64,000 nucleotides of DNA, from NCBI GenBank assembly GCA_023334545.1, contig JAADVB010000003.1, positions 1 to 64,000 of the forward strand, in the 5' to 3' direction. Below are positions 52,301 to 63,221 of the stretch, one piece after another. Below the pieces are notes generated by a model. It had not been told where the DNA came from, did no database searches, and was given only the letters and a program-made list of their open reading frames with translations. The stretch comes from Salisapilia sapeloensis CBS 127946 (lineage: Eukaryota > Protista > Oomycota). The translations under genes were made by a program, and so were the position numbers. Position 1 is the stretch's first letter; each line of letters starts with the position of its first letter.

Positions 52301-53035
52301 GACTTCCCATGCCTTAGTTTCGTTCATGCGCCACAACTTGATCTGACGGTCGTCGGCGCCAGAGACGATGAGAGGGAGCGTCGGGTGGAAACTGGCCCAG
52401 TTCACGCCTCGATCATGGCCTTCTAGAACGTACTTGACAATGGCGTCGGTCGCACCAAAGATGTCATTGTTGTTGGAACGCGGCACGGGAATGTCATCTA
52501 AGGCAGATGGAGCGCCACGCACCGTCTTCTTGCGCAGACCGGTGGTATCCCACACACGCACTGTTTGGTCGAGAGAAGCCGAGACAATCAAATCGTCTTT
52601 CGGGTGAAATTGTGCACTCATGACATAGTGGTTGTGTCCCGTGAGAATCGATACGCAGGATCTGGACTGCCAGTTCCAAATGCGGACCGTTTGATCGTCG
52701 GAACAACTTAAGATCCATGGATACTCGTGATGGAACTGCACTGTACGAATGTAGTCGAGGTGCCCTAGTAATGTAAAGAGGCAACGACGTAGTTTAAAGT
52801 CCCAGACTTTAATCTTATAGTCATCTCCACCAGAAACAAACAGTGGCTGCGACCGGTGAAAGTCGACGCCACGCACAGGACCGTCATGTTCATCAAATTT
52901 ATCTAGTAAAGTGCCCATCCGGTAGTCCCATAATTGGATCACACCATTGTGGAGGGACGTAAGGACCCAAGGGCGACTCGGATGGAACGCGAGTCCCTTG
53001 ACACGGTTGCTCTTGGACTCGAACTTGGTCAGCAT
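49346..53035 (-). CDS. COPA: Coatomer subunit alpha
   Basis: MLTKFESKSNRVKGLAFHPSRPW... WD40 repeats and C-terminal CPYC...CDVC. Intronless; true start at 53035 rather than the ORF-track 53119. Confidence 0.98.
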   Translation of the reverse strand: MLTKFESKSNRVKGLAFHPSRPWVLTSLHNGVIQLWDYRMGTLLDKFDEHDGPVRGVDFHRSQPLFVSGGDDYKIKVWDFKLRRCLFTLLGHLDYIRTVQFHHEYPWILSCSDDQTVRIWNWQSRSCVSILTGHNHYVMSAQFHPKDDLIVSASLDQTVRVWDTTGLRKKTVRGAPSALDDIPVPRSNNNDIFGATDAIVKYVLEGHDRGVNWASFHPTLPLIVSGADDRQIKLWRMNETKAWEVDTLRGHTSNVSCVLFHPRQELILSNSEDRSIRVWDISKRMGLQTFRRENDRFWVLEAHPTQNLIAAGHDSGMIVFKLERERPAMDMHDSCAYYVKERYIRMYSFADGSDVPVAAIRRSGTPGTGMGNIPRHMNYNPFDQTSGSNSVLLVSDAEGGSYELVTFAHGSGGDTSESSRGSGLAAVFVARNRFAVLDKSHHLVIKNFQNEVTKKISPPGGMADGLFFGGVIGRVLLHVDDKMMLYETQSRRVLAELQAPRVKHVIWSPNYEYVALISKHSVILADKQLSHLTTVTESVRIKSGIWGHAPDQVFVYTTLNHIKYALTNGDSGLIRTLDSPVYLTHLEGSKLYCLDREAKMRAMAVDLTECEFKLALSRKQFTEVMRMVRHSRLCGRAVIAYLTQKGYPEVALHFVKDDKTKFKLAISCGNLEVALNAAYELDDAQCWHQLGVEALRQGNVQVVEMAYQRTKNFDRLSFLYLVTGNREKLQKMLKIAEVRNDVMSRFHNALYLGDAESRVLTLEAAGQFGLALLTAETHGLEEAATRLRQTLSETNPDVDLDAFVSREVKADAQLLMPPVSVAQVENENWPLVEINEPTMQDHAIAADKKEMEGPAPQTQQTTQKEQRKESLDLAMDAGDAWGDGELEIDDNDLDFGDDADVLEDDFGDAPTGDYVAAPSMGTSVATQWVRNSSLAADHAAVGSFETAMQLLHRQIGVVNFEPLKPVFMSVFAGGSASLPTQGSHPSLHIYLQKTDNSQADIAVSFPALVEKLKEAYRAFTGAKFGNVRSCCLEILHTIPFLSVESKGEAEKVKGLLSVCREYLLGCRVKEEVARHSLESDPKRNVELSAYFTHCELQPPHLVLTLKTAMTNAFKSGNFITAASFCRRLLEVPEVQSHPRHEKLRQTAKKVLQKAEKEARNEHHLEYQDGKPFSLCARSFTPIYLGEKDAKCPYCSATYVPEFAGGLCDVCGISRIGDETIGLVVTSSST

Positions 53036-53235
53036 CTCCCGAACCCGATGAAAAAGCTTTTGGCGTGACCACGTGGGGGATCTCGATCCGCTTACTCTTG
53101 CTTTTTGTATACAAACCAATCATATTAATAGAAATGATATATGCTAGCCAATAAAAAGCTGTAGATTTTATTTTGTTTATATTTATTTCCCGGTATTAAT
53201 CCGTTACTTGTTATGGATGATCTGTTAGAGGACGA

Positions 53236-55112
53236 ATGGAGCAAGATTATGGTGATCGATCGTATGCTAGTGATGTAGTAGCTCGATGTGAAGCAGAAGT
53301 GGAGAGAATACGGACGGATGGTGATATGGCACTTATTAAAACGCAAGCGGAGGAACGACATCTTCTTTCGATAGAAGAAGAGATACAGAAGACGCGATCG
53401 AGTATCCAGAAAGCACGGAATGAGTTACTGAAATACACGCAAGTTCCTACTCGTGCAGTGAAAGTATCTGCAAGTAACTCGTATCGACCAGGTCAAAAGA
53501 GTAATCAAGAAGAACGATTAAAGACTAGTATTAATGAAGGAGTAAGTGCGATGCAAAAGTTACGTTGTGAAATTGATGCTAGTCGACGAGATCTATTAGC
53601 TGTGCGTAAAGAAGATGAGAACGTATCTGCTCAATTAGCTGCGATTGAAAAAGAGAACTTGGATGCGACCGATGAATTGAGCACGCTTCGAGATCGAGCA
53701 AACAGTCTGAAACACGAAGTTTCCGATTTGAAGAAGGACATTGACAAGGAGAAGCAAGCTTTGAAGACGGATCAGAATAAGCTAACAGCAGAGCTAAATA
53801 AAATCGTCAAAGCCGATAAGCAGCAACAGAATACAAAGCAAAGTCGCAGAGTATGTATTGTAGCACTTCCTAGTCATACGCAGATTGCAGACTATCATAA
53901 CAATATCTACCTACAGCTGACCCAGCTCCCAAATGGAAACATCATCATTCGCAAGAATCACAGGTCGGAGCTCATGACTTTCTTACCTAGGCATATGCAA
54001 ACACATATCATTTTTCATGTGTATAGATCGTCGGGTGCTTATTCAGAAACCAAAGACGACCCTGCTGCATCGATAGAACAAAAACGAAAGCTATTAGACA
54101 TCTTGACAACCGAGGCTGGCACCACGGATATCCACGATATTATTGTACGCCATAAGGCACAGGAACAAGCGAAAGCAGAGCTGTTATCTTGCATTCATGC
54201 CAAGTCGGAGATATGTAGGCTTCCCTTTGCCTTCCACTAGACCAATTGCTGTTGCTCAAACACACTGTTGGGATGTACAGATGAAGCGCTTACGGAGGAA
54301 GTTGCAAAGTTAGAGGCTAGTATGACCAGTGCAGAGGAAGAACAAGATGCAGACTCGTCTGTGAGGGCGTCTACTGCTTCAAACCCTCAAGGTATGTGCC
54401 GATCCGATGTATATGGCACAGAAAAACTCATGTCAGATCGTAGAGCTGAAACGAGCTATTGCATACGACGAAGCTCAGAGGAAGCATTGGGAGGAACAAA
54501 CGGAGGGATTTAATTCGATGTACTGTCACGACACTCCAATGCACTTGTTCTCACTAATACAAGTTTGTGCTAACGCCGACGTCGTATAGATTGAAAGCTT
54601 TACAAGATCCAGTAAAGAAGCTATACTTTGCTCTTGACTCGGATACGGAATGGATAGATGAATCCGTCGATAGTCTGGTATACTTCACATACGATTGCCA
54701 TAACAGCGTTGCGATCATGCTCATGTACAATGAACAGAACCCAGCAGACCGCATTCTGAGGTTTCTAGGAGAAATTGAAGAACGAGCGATGCGATGTATG
54801 TGGTCAAAAGCCATGTCGGAATCCAATGACGCACCTGAGAGCCCAACGCTGCACCGTTTACTACAGCAACAGCAACACTTCACATCTTTACAAGACACTG
54901 CTAATACCAACCTGAGCATGATTGCTCCACCTCTACTAGATGACAGTGATGAAGATTCCGTTGATCTCGCAATAACGTCAGACTACAAGATCTACCACTC
55001 CGACCATTCCAAAGTAGACATTCCTAAGAGTCATGATAATACGAGGGATGCACCAGCTCCAAAGCCACGAAAGAAAGTCGTCCATAGCCTAGATGACCAT
55101 CGTCTGAAGTAG
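53236..55112 (+). CDS. Outer dynein arm docking complex subunit (ODAD1/CCDC114/ODA-DC2-like)
   Basis: Coiled coil with EERLKTSINEG..AMQKLRCEIDASRRD and ILRFLGEIEERA patterns; multi-exon. Confidence 0.65.
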
Positions 55113-55324
55113 AACTAACTAAATATTATCTTTAGAGGTTCGTGATGGTAGTATTTACTTTTACAGGTATTGTCAAATTATCGATACAAAGCGTTAAGTA
55201 GACCGATGAAAAAGGATCAAGGAGCTCCCAAGACCTCATGTACCTATTTACTATCTAATTACTCTTCACTAGTAGCTTTAATTAATTCTATTGTCGATAT
55301 GGAAACTATGCACTCCATTATTTA

Positions 55325-56608
55325 ATGGTTATTATAGTGAAAAATGGGTCGAAGGTGAAGGTGACAGCGTCCGAATCGAGTACATCCACTGCTTCTACGA
55401 GTTCTAGATCCAAACGTCAAGATACGATGCAGGAAATAGCTCGAGGTGGTAGTTCTTGGACATCTCCAGCTAAGAACAGAGATGGTTCTGCACAAATGCG
55501 TGTTATGCATATGAATTCTAGCGGTGATAAGAAGGCATCAATGAGCAATTCGCTTGCGTATGACATTGTCATGTCCTTTGAAACGAAGGACCCGACTGCT
55601 GGTATGCGCACTTTGCATACGATGGTAGCTCTGGGCAATGTACTTCCGACACCTTTGCTTTTTAACGAGCTCCTCGCTCTCTTACAAAAGGAAGAGCTAG
55701 CAGATGCTGAAGAAGATCGAGAAGACCATGCTGCTACCATCTCCCAATCACTCCATTTTGCTTACGATCATGCATCACTTAGTTCTACTTTGCCCATCTT
55801 CCCAGACAAGTGGGAGCCAGTAATGGACACGTTGCAGGAAATTAGCATGCAGCCAGTGGATGAACGATGGCACCGTCGTCTCCTGGCACTGCGCTTTTAC
55901 ATCTACTGCTTCCAGTGTGACTTTGAACGAGTGGAACGCTCTAATCAGAAACAGGATTCATCCTGGCTGGTAGAAACGCAGCTATATAAGCTTGTACAGT
56001 CAGACTCTATGCCTCCTAGCAGGCCTCGAAGACGATTAAGTGGTGGTGGGAAGCAAGCTGTAGAAGCTGTTCGTTGTTCATTAATGGTTTGGGAAAAAGT
56101 GTATCGCGATGGTCAGGAAGAAGATCATTCCGAAGCCGAGTACGCATGTTTTGCAATCGTTCGTTTGATTGAAATGCTCTTCCTTTGCTCTAGTCAGAAA
56201 GAAAACGTAATTCAGGTACTTCAAGCTGGACTTGATAAGGATACTTTATCCGAGTCTGTACGTCGCAAGTTCTCGATGAGAGTCCATACACCAGAGCTCA
56301 AGACAGCGCTTGCTACAGCATATCTAGGACACACCAAGATCTCTCGTGTCACGAATAGTACTTGGCACGAGTGTAATGCTATCGGACGTTCGCTCTTGGC
56401 TAATCGCTCTGGTATGCTCATATCGTATCAAAGAGGTCGACAGGTTCTCAAGTAAAACATAACTTTATTTTGAAATGAAGCAAACTCGGAGTCTCTAGCT
56501 GCAACGGACTTATACTCGTGGTCTCACTATGACCAATTTCTAAAGCAAAAGGTGCATTCAGACACGGCCAAGCTTCTGCAGGAGATCCACGACAAGATGA
56601 ACAAGTAG
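55325..56608 (+). CDS. Hypothetical helical protein
   Basis: 376-aa ORF plus a short last exon ending KMNK* at 56608; no family recognised. Confidence 0.65.
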
Positions 56609-56627
56609 CTAGCGGCCATGCAATCCT

Positions 56628-58861
56628 TTAGAAGTTGAAAAGGCTGTCCTGCCAATGCAAGTCGGTAGGAGGGAATGCGTCGGAGGAGATGGAAGCATTC
56701 TCATCGTACAAAGTCACCACGCCGAGACTATCGCATCACGAAAATAGAGTAAGTAGTGAAAGTAAGTTGGAAATACGTTGAAGAATGTACTTGTCCGAGA
56801 CGGCGAGAACCGATGCAGAGTCTTTTGTGAATGCCCCACTTGTCTTGTATCGTTGTCCGTTAGATGACATTTCATGCGCTTGATGCCTATAAGAACTGTG
56901 AGCGACAAAGAATGGAGATTGTGCTTGATGCAAGTGTACGTACAAGATGAGTGGCTCGAGCTGTTTCGACGCTTCTTTCCATTCTGCCATGACAAAGCTA
57001 CGATAGTTCATAAAGCATTAGTAGTTTATGCGCCATGAGGTTCATCAATGGAAAGAATTTGTATTACCCGTCGTAACCGAAGAAAAGCTGCTTGTTCCGA
57101 TCCGAGCAGGCTTCTCCAATGGCAGTCAAAGGAGACTTCATCGTAGCGTACCTATCGGCAAAGTTTTATAAGTTCGCTCTTTCCATACGTTATTGTGTAT
57201 GGCTAAAGTAATAGCTTACCAGCTTGCTTGGTCTGGCATCCTAATATCGACCAGGGCGATGTTTCCACTCTCAAATCCCAATGCAATCATGTGCTGGCTC
57301 AAGTATGTGTGTGTGAACAGCCCTCCCAAGGCTTCAGCATGCTATAAAATGTACAGCATTAGCCAAATCATCACGTAGAAGCTATTTTGATAACAAGAAT
57401 GCAGACTTACGAGGAACGAACCACGTGAGGTACAGATCTGGGCGCCTCGGCATCTGACGTCGACAAATTGAAGATCGCCGGTGTCCGTTGTCCAGCTCAT
57501 GACATCTCGAGTGTGTGACCAGCGTAGACTAGAGACGACGTTCTGTGCATCAAACTTGGCAATGATAGCAGCTGCACTTGGATCACTATCGCCTCGGAGG
57601 TCCGTGAGTACCACGGTCTCGTCAAAACCTACGAGCATAAGCATGCTTTAATTAAACATTTGAAAGCATTACGCAGTAGAATAAAGCTCACCGCCAGAGA
57701 CGAAACAAGAAGGCTTCGTAGGCCATACTGCCACTTCGCGAATGACATCACAGTGCACGCGCCCAGGTCCATCTAAGGCAGCAGCATTTATGTTTAAGGA
57801 AAAGTGCGATTTGGATTGTTGCAATATGAAAATTACGATGGAGTTGCACGGTGCGTCCTTCACGATCGTTTCCTGTTGCCAGGGTGTAAATGTCGCTTCC
57901 AATGGCAACAACTGCACTGTGGTTCGTCATCCAGTCCAGATCCCTGACCTCCTACATTATAACGTCATATTGGGGTCTAAACTCCAAGTTTCCATAAAGT
58001 GTGAGCACTTACATGTTGAATCGGTATGTAGACCGGAGGTTGGAAAGCTAGTGAGGACCGGTAGTTGGTCACGAGTATATAATTGCGCGTGCCTGTTGGA
58101 TTGTTGGATGACTGAAGCATTTCAGTGCCAACAATAAGCAGTCCATCGTCGCGAAGAATTGGCTTTGACAATGCTAGTTCATGCGAACACATAACGTTAG
58201 AGCCTTAACTGAAGATGGCATCTAGCAGACAGAGCTTACGCATGCAACTGCCATCATTTAGACATCCTATAGACAAAGCAAAAAGCGGCTCCTTTTGTCG
58301 ATGTGGCACATATGTGTACGGCTCCTCTTTTATCGTTGAGGAGTAGCTTTGCATCAAAGCTGCTGAGCTGTTTTGTCTGTCACATACGTAAGACAACAGT
58401 TATGGATATATAAATTGCCGGTGGTCTTACTGATAGCGCGACGACGAAGGTATTGTCCCCAATAGATGATCCGAAGTGGTTAATCTGCTCAGTGAAGATA
58501 CATCGTCGCTGGATGCATGAGGAGCTGTAGAATAGTAGGATGGCATTGTTTGCTGGTAGTTCGTCGGTACGAACGCAAAGTTACTCGGCATGAAGCCCTC
58601 AGATCCGGCAACAAACGGATTGGTCATAGCGCTCATATTGCTTTCCGGCATTGCATTCTCATTGAAAAGACGTTCCCACAAAGCAGAAGAGTAGCTGTCA
58701 CTTTCCTCTTCCATCATTTGCACAGGCTCTCCACTCTTCTCCTCTTGTTCAGATGGTGGAGAAGGTGTTGAAAATGGAGTACTCGGAGGAGATATATTCG
58801 CACAGGATGAATGAGTCGAGCTTGTTTCCTGGTTCGCCATTGCTTCAGTTGTTTGATCCAT
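56628..58861 (-). CDS. WD40-like beta-propeller protein with low-complexity N-terminus
   Basis: DVIREVAVWP...FVSGG-FDETVVLTDL, VVSSLRWS...SWTTDTGDLQFVDVR, LGFESGNIALVDIR; many introns. Confidence 0.7.
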
Positions 58862-59378
58862 TGGAAAAGTGCAATGGGTAGTCAGGTAGAAAAAGCGAAG
58901 TGAGCACAATTGCGAGCATGTCAGTGGTAGTCCAATCCTATCGGGGTGTAAAGTCTCTTGTCTGACGCACTGGCCATAGCTTGCTTCATTGACATTTCAC
59001 CGTCTTGATTCTGGATCCTTTGATCCAGATCTTGTCAAGACTGAATCCTTCAGAAACCGACTTAAAGATACGTATATCATGTCATGACCACAAAGGCTCC
59101 ATTTCCTTCACTCATACCTGTATACGGTTCCGAAAACTAGGTTAAGTCCATATCTATTTATTCTCTTCATATACATAGATCGCATGTATACTCCAGTCCC
59201 CTATTCAGGTCATGGTTCAGATTATTTGCATGCACATGCTCGTCCATCAAAGATGTACAGTAATTAATGCTGAATGCAATATAAAACAGTTCAAAGAGCG
59301 AATGGTAATCGAATGAAGTAGATAGTTCAGAAGACAATGAGCATAGGTAAAGGTTTAGCTTCTTCATGCAACTCTTCG

Positions 59379-61423
59379 CTACTTGTCTACAGGCCGCACG
59401 TATGTGATGTCACCCGATTTAGACACAACTAGACCAGACACTCTTGGCTTTTGCATCTTGTCATCTAGTCCCATATTCGCCCAAATGCGTCGATTACCCA
59501 AAGCTGCGAGCTGAGCTCGTTTCATCGCAATCGACTCTCGATCGAGATTTTCCAACGGAGCAAACACCGTCTCGACATTCAGCATACCTAGATCAAGCCA
59601 GCGTTTGTATAAGAAATAAAAAAGGAAGACTAGAGAGACGTACTGGTATCCGGAAGTTCTCCAGCTTCTTCCTCTTCTCCCGTCGGATCTGTCGATTCAC
59701 CATAGTATCCATCCTTTCTGCCAGTCGATTTTTCCACAGGACTCCCATCCGATCCGACAGAGCCATCAGGAGATGGTGGTGGAGCGTCATAGTCATTTCG
59801 GCGATGAGAAGGGCGTTGACCTACATAAAGAACGTTTGAGAACCAAAAATATATAAGAAAAGATACGTGATCTTACCATAAGTGTTACTGGATTGGGTGC
59901 AGGAGCAGACACTGTTGCAAGCGCAGTGTGAAAAGTGGCAGAAGCGTCCACGTTGACAAACACCTTTATTCTGAAAGTCATAACAGACACCTTTGCCTGC
60001 AGAAGGCGTCGTACCTCGTTTCTTCTTACTCACGTGCCCATAGTCTTGTGCCGGGCTAGCAGGTTCTGATCTTTTCTGAGATGCAGCAGCATTCGCTTTG
60101 CGATTCGGATCATCCGAGAGTAAGTTTTCCACCTCATCTAGCCGCATGTCCTCCGACACTGCTCGTTCGATAAGCGCTAACGAACTCTTTTCCATCGGCA
60201 TCGCCATATCTGGTCGAGTTCGTACATATCGCCATCCACCTATGGCATAACATGGTTAGATCAGAGTCTACTGGATGGAAGATCCTAGAGCTCGACTACC
60301 TTTCCGCCATCCAAGGCCACGATCAGTGGCGTTAAACTCCGGATTACCGACATCCCATGAGCTCTTATCATTCGATGGGATAAACGTAAGCCATTCAGCG
60401 TCATACATGCACTCGATGATCCGAGAAGATGATTTTTTGTCCTGTCGTAACGACTCGAACACCTCTGCAGGTATAAGCTTAGACTTCTTCGAGTTTTAAT
60501 TCTCCTTTTATAAAGATATACCTGATGGGAAGGTGACCCAGTCATGGAAAACTTGTGTTCTCTTATCGTGTAGCATGAGCTTGAAGCCTGGCATAGGTGG
60601 TCTGCCTCTCCACTCGACACTAAGCTGGAACTCGGCCGTTTGTTTGGCTCCTGGCGTCCAATAGTAGAGCGCTTTGGCTTGTCCTGGTGTGTATGGTAGC
60701 AGGACAGGCGTGAAAACAAGTCCGAGGTTTTGCCTCGTCTGAGAGACGCGAGGTAGGATGCTACGAATGACATGCCCGAGGCGGTTTAACGGGTACATGG
60801 ACTGTAAAACAAGCTGAAAGGGCTCTGGCGGATGGTTCTTGGGTAGAGATATCTGTTTACGTGGACCGATGACGTCGTTCTGAATGAGTTTCAACCGATC
60901 CTGGAGCTTGGAGGCCATCACAGGACTTCCATTAAGTGCCAGAATGTCGTATAACAAAAAGGTCACGACGCTTTTCGATCCTTCCTGTTGTCATAAAATG
61001 AATTAGCTCTTGCAAACAGTACTGTAAGAGTCTTGCTACCTTATCACAGACGAGTAATCCGTCTACGATAGTCCAATGGTGTTGGACGGCGACATTTCGG
61101 TCGGCTCCAGGCTGCAGGCGATCGGGGCGCACGGGACAGAATAGCGGCACCTCACGGATGTCATAGCTCGGATAAACGAGGTAGCATCGTCCCTGTGCCA
61201 ATATCGCAAGCGTCCGTACGCCTACACTGCGCTCACAGACGAAATAAGGATGGTCTCCGATCTGCGCTTCGTTCCCTCTCACGAACGGTTGGCCAGTCGA
61301 TATCGGCGCTCGCTCCGTATCCGACCACCCGACGATACGGTTCAACTGCACCTGCACCTGTTTCTTTCCTGCAAGAGGCAAAGGCTGTCCTAGCTCCGTC
61401 GGCAGCTCCTTGGTACTCGGCAT
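59379..61423 (-). CDS. mRNA-capping guanylyltransferase-like pseudoenzyme with CCCH zinc finger
   Basis: GTase motif order preserved but degenerate (YFVCERSVG, IVDGLLV, FLLYD, LGLVFTP, LYYWT, IIECMYD, WRYVRTRPD); C-x8-C-x5-C-x3-H finger CYDFQNKGVCQRGRFCHFSH. Confidence 0.85.
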
Positions 61424-61510
61424 CTTCCTTCGTCTTAATTTTACAAATGTGCAAACGATTTCAAATGTACGTACAAGACGAAATGGACTTGTTATTGCTT
61501 TCTCGGATGT

Positions 61511-63103
61511 CTATAGCTCACTTTCATGCGCCCAGAACTTAAAAGTACGATCGAAACCGGAGGATACGACGTGTCGGCCATCAGGTGCAAAGTCCGCGGA
61601 CATGACACGACCGTCATGAGCTCTTAAAGTCGATAGTAAGGAAAAGTCTCTAGCTTTCCATAGCTTGACACTCGCGTCGTATGATGTACTCATGAGCAAT
61701 TCGCCATGTCCTGGAGCATACCGTACATCTGCTACTAGACCAGCATGTGCTGGTAGCGTATACCTACACTTTCGTTTTCTTAAATCCCAAATGCGCACAC
61801 TTCGGTCGTCACTACTGGACGCCAATTGAGTCCCATCAGGAGCAAAGTCGAGACCGAGAACCTGCTTCGAGTGTCCTTGGAACGACATAATCGCTTTGCC
61901 TGATCGCAAGTCCCACACGCGGATGAGACCGAGGAGGTCAGATGTAGCCACGAGGGATCCGTCCGGGTGGAAAGCGATGGCATAGACTTCCTTGTAGTGA
62001 CCTTCTTGTAGCAAGAGCTCCTTGCCAACGCTCACGTCCCACAGTCGCCATGTATGGTCGAAACTGGTGGTGCCAACGTAATCCCCTGATGGGTGGAAGG
62101 CGACTTTACCCAATCGAGCTTGATGGCCTTGTAGCACGGCCACGGCTTCCTTCTCTCCACTCTTCCATAGTCGAGCAGTGTAGTCGGCGGATCCACTGCA
62201 TAGACAGATGCCTTGATTTTGCTCCTGCATGTCCGCGTAGACGTTGGAAGGGTGCCATGCGACGCCAGTGATGCGGTCTTCATGGCCACTGAGCGTCTGT
62301 GCTAGCTCTGCGTCCTCTGTATTCCACACTTTAACCATACCACTCCATGATCCTGTCGCGACATGCTTCCCGTCACTTGAATAACGGACGCTAGCGACTG
62401 GACGTACGTCTGCGTTCTGACTCATGACGTTGACCATGTCTGAGGTCGCTTTATACGCTTCGAGGGCGATGCTGTCTACCATCTTTTCCGTCTCCTCTAC
62501 ACTTAACGCTTTTTCATACCTCTCTTTCGCTAATCTACTTTCTGCCCTAGTGCGTGAAAAGTCTAGAATATGACTACGAGCTTTCTTTAACAAGTCTTCC
62601 TTGATCGGGATGTAGAAGAGTTCGTCCTCTAGTTTCTTTTCTCTTTCGAATGAGGATTTCTGCTCATTCCCGTCGGTTGATTGGAGACCTAGTTCTTCCC
62701 CTTCAATCTCTCGACGACCGAGGATCTGCCGTAGACGCTCACGCCGGTCGGCAGGACGCTCACCGAATAGTGTCGCTGGTTCATTCAGTGCTCGTAGACG
62801 CTGGATAACATCCTCAGCACTTGTCGGTACTGTGATATTCCGAGCTCGTCTCTCGGCTTCTGCACGACGTAGCAGCTGTGCATGCTTTTCCTGCGCAATG
62901 CGACTGGTTTCCGACAGTTCGAGTACTTCTGTCTCGGCGTTGGCTGCAGCAATATTCACGTTCCCACCACGACTCGTACCGTCCATTCTGACATCCGAGG
63001 CGCCATTCGAACTAGCTGAACCTTGATCTCGTTTCACATGCGAAGGTACGAGGTCCGTCGTGCCTGCAATTGTGCCAAAGTAGATACCCTTCCGGTCGCC
63101 CAT
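61511..63103 (-). CDS. PRPF4: U4/U6 snRNP protein Prp4
   Basis: PRP4 domain (VPTSAEDVIQRLRALNEPATLFGERPADRRERLR) plus seven WD40 repeats; intronless. Confidence 0.96.
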   Translation of the reverse strand: MGDRKGIYFGTIAGTTDLVPSHVKRDQGSASSNGASDVRMDGTSRGGNVNIAAANAETEVLELSETSRIAQEKHAQLLRRAEAERRARNITVPTSAEDVIQRLRALNEPATLFGERPADRRERLRQILGRREIEGEELGLQSTDGNEQKSSFEREKKLEDELFYIPIKEDLLKKARSHILDFSRTRAESRLAKERYEKALSVEETEKMVDSIALEAYKATSDMVNVMSQNADVRPVASVRYSSDGKHVATGSWSGMVKVWNTEDAELAQTLSGHEDRITGVAWHPSNVYADMQEQNQGICLCSGSADYTARLWKSGEKEAVAVLQGHQARLGKVAFHPSGDYVGTTSFDHTWRLWDVSVGKELLLQEGHYKEVYAIAFHPDGSLVATSDLLGLIRVWDLRSGKAIMSFQGHSKQVLGLDFAPDGTQLASSSDDRSVRIWDLRKRKCRYTLPAHAGLVADVRYAPGHGELLMSTSYDASVKLWKARDFSLLSTLRAHDGRVMSADFAPDGRHVVSSGFDRTFKFWAHESEL

Positions 63104-63221
63104 ATTCGACTGCTTTGATGTGGTGTCTTGTAAAAGCTATACAATGCCACTTTTAGATGTCTACTAAAACGTTGGAATTAAACGCATAATTCGTTATTCA
63201 AGTACACGGGACATCGGACGC

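Noticed and set aside
53036-53119. 28-aa N-terminal extension of COPA in the ORF track
   Set aside because: The conserved alpha-COP start MLTKFE is at 53035; the extension is an ORF-calling artefact.
59006-59025. 8-bp hairpin TCTGGATC-CTTT-GATCCAGA in an intergenic gap
   Set aside because: Too short to be significant on its own; no ncRNA context.
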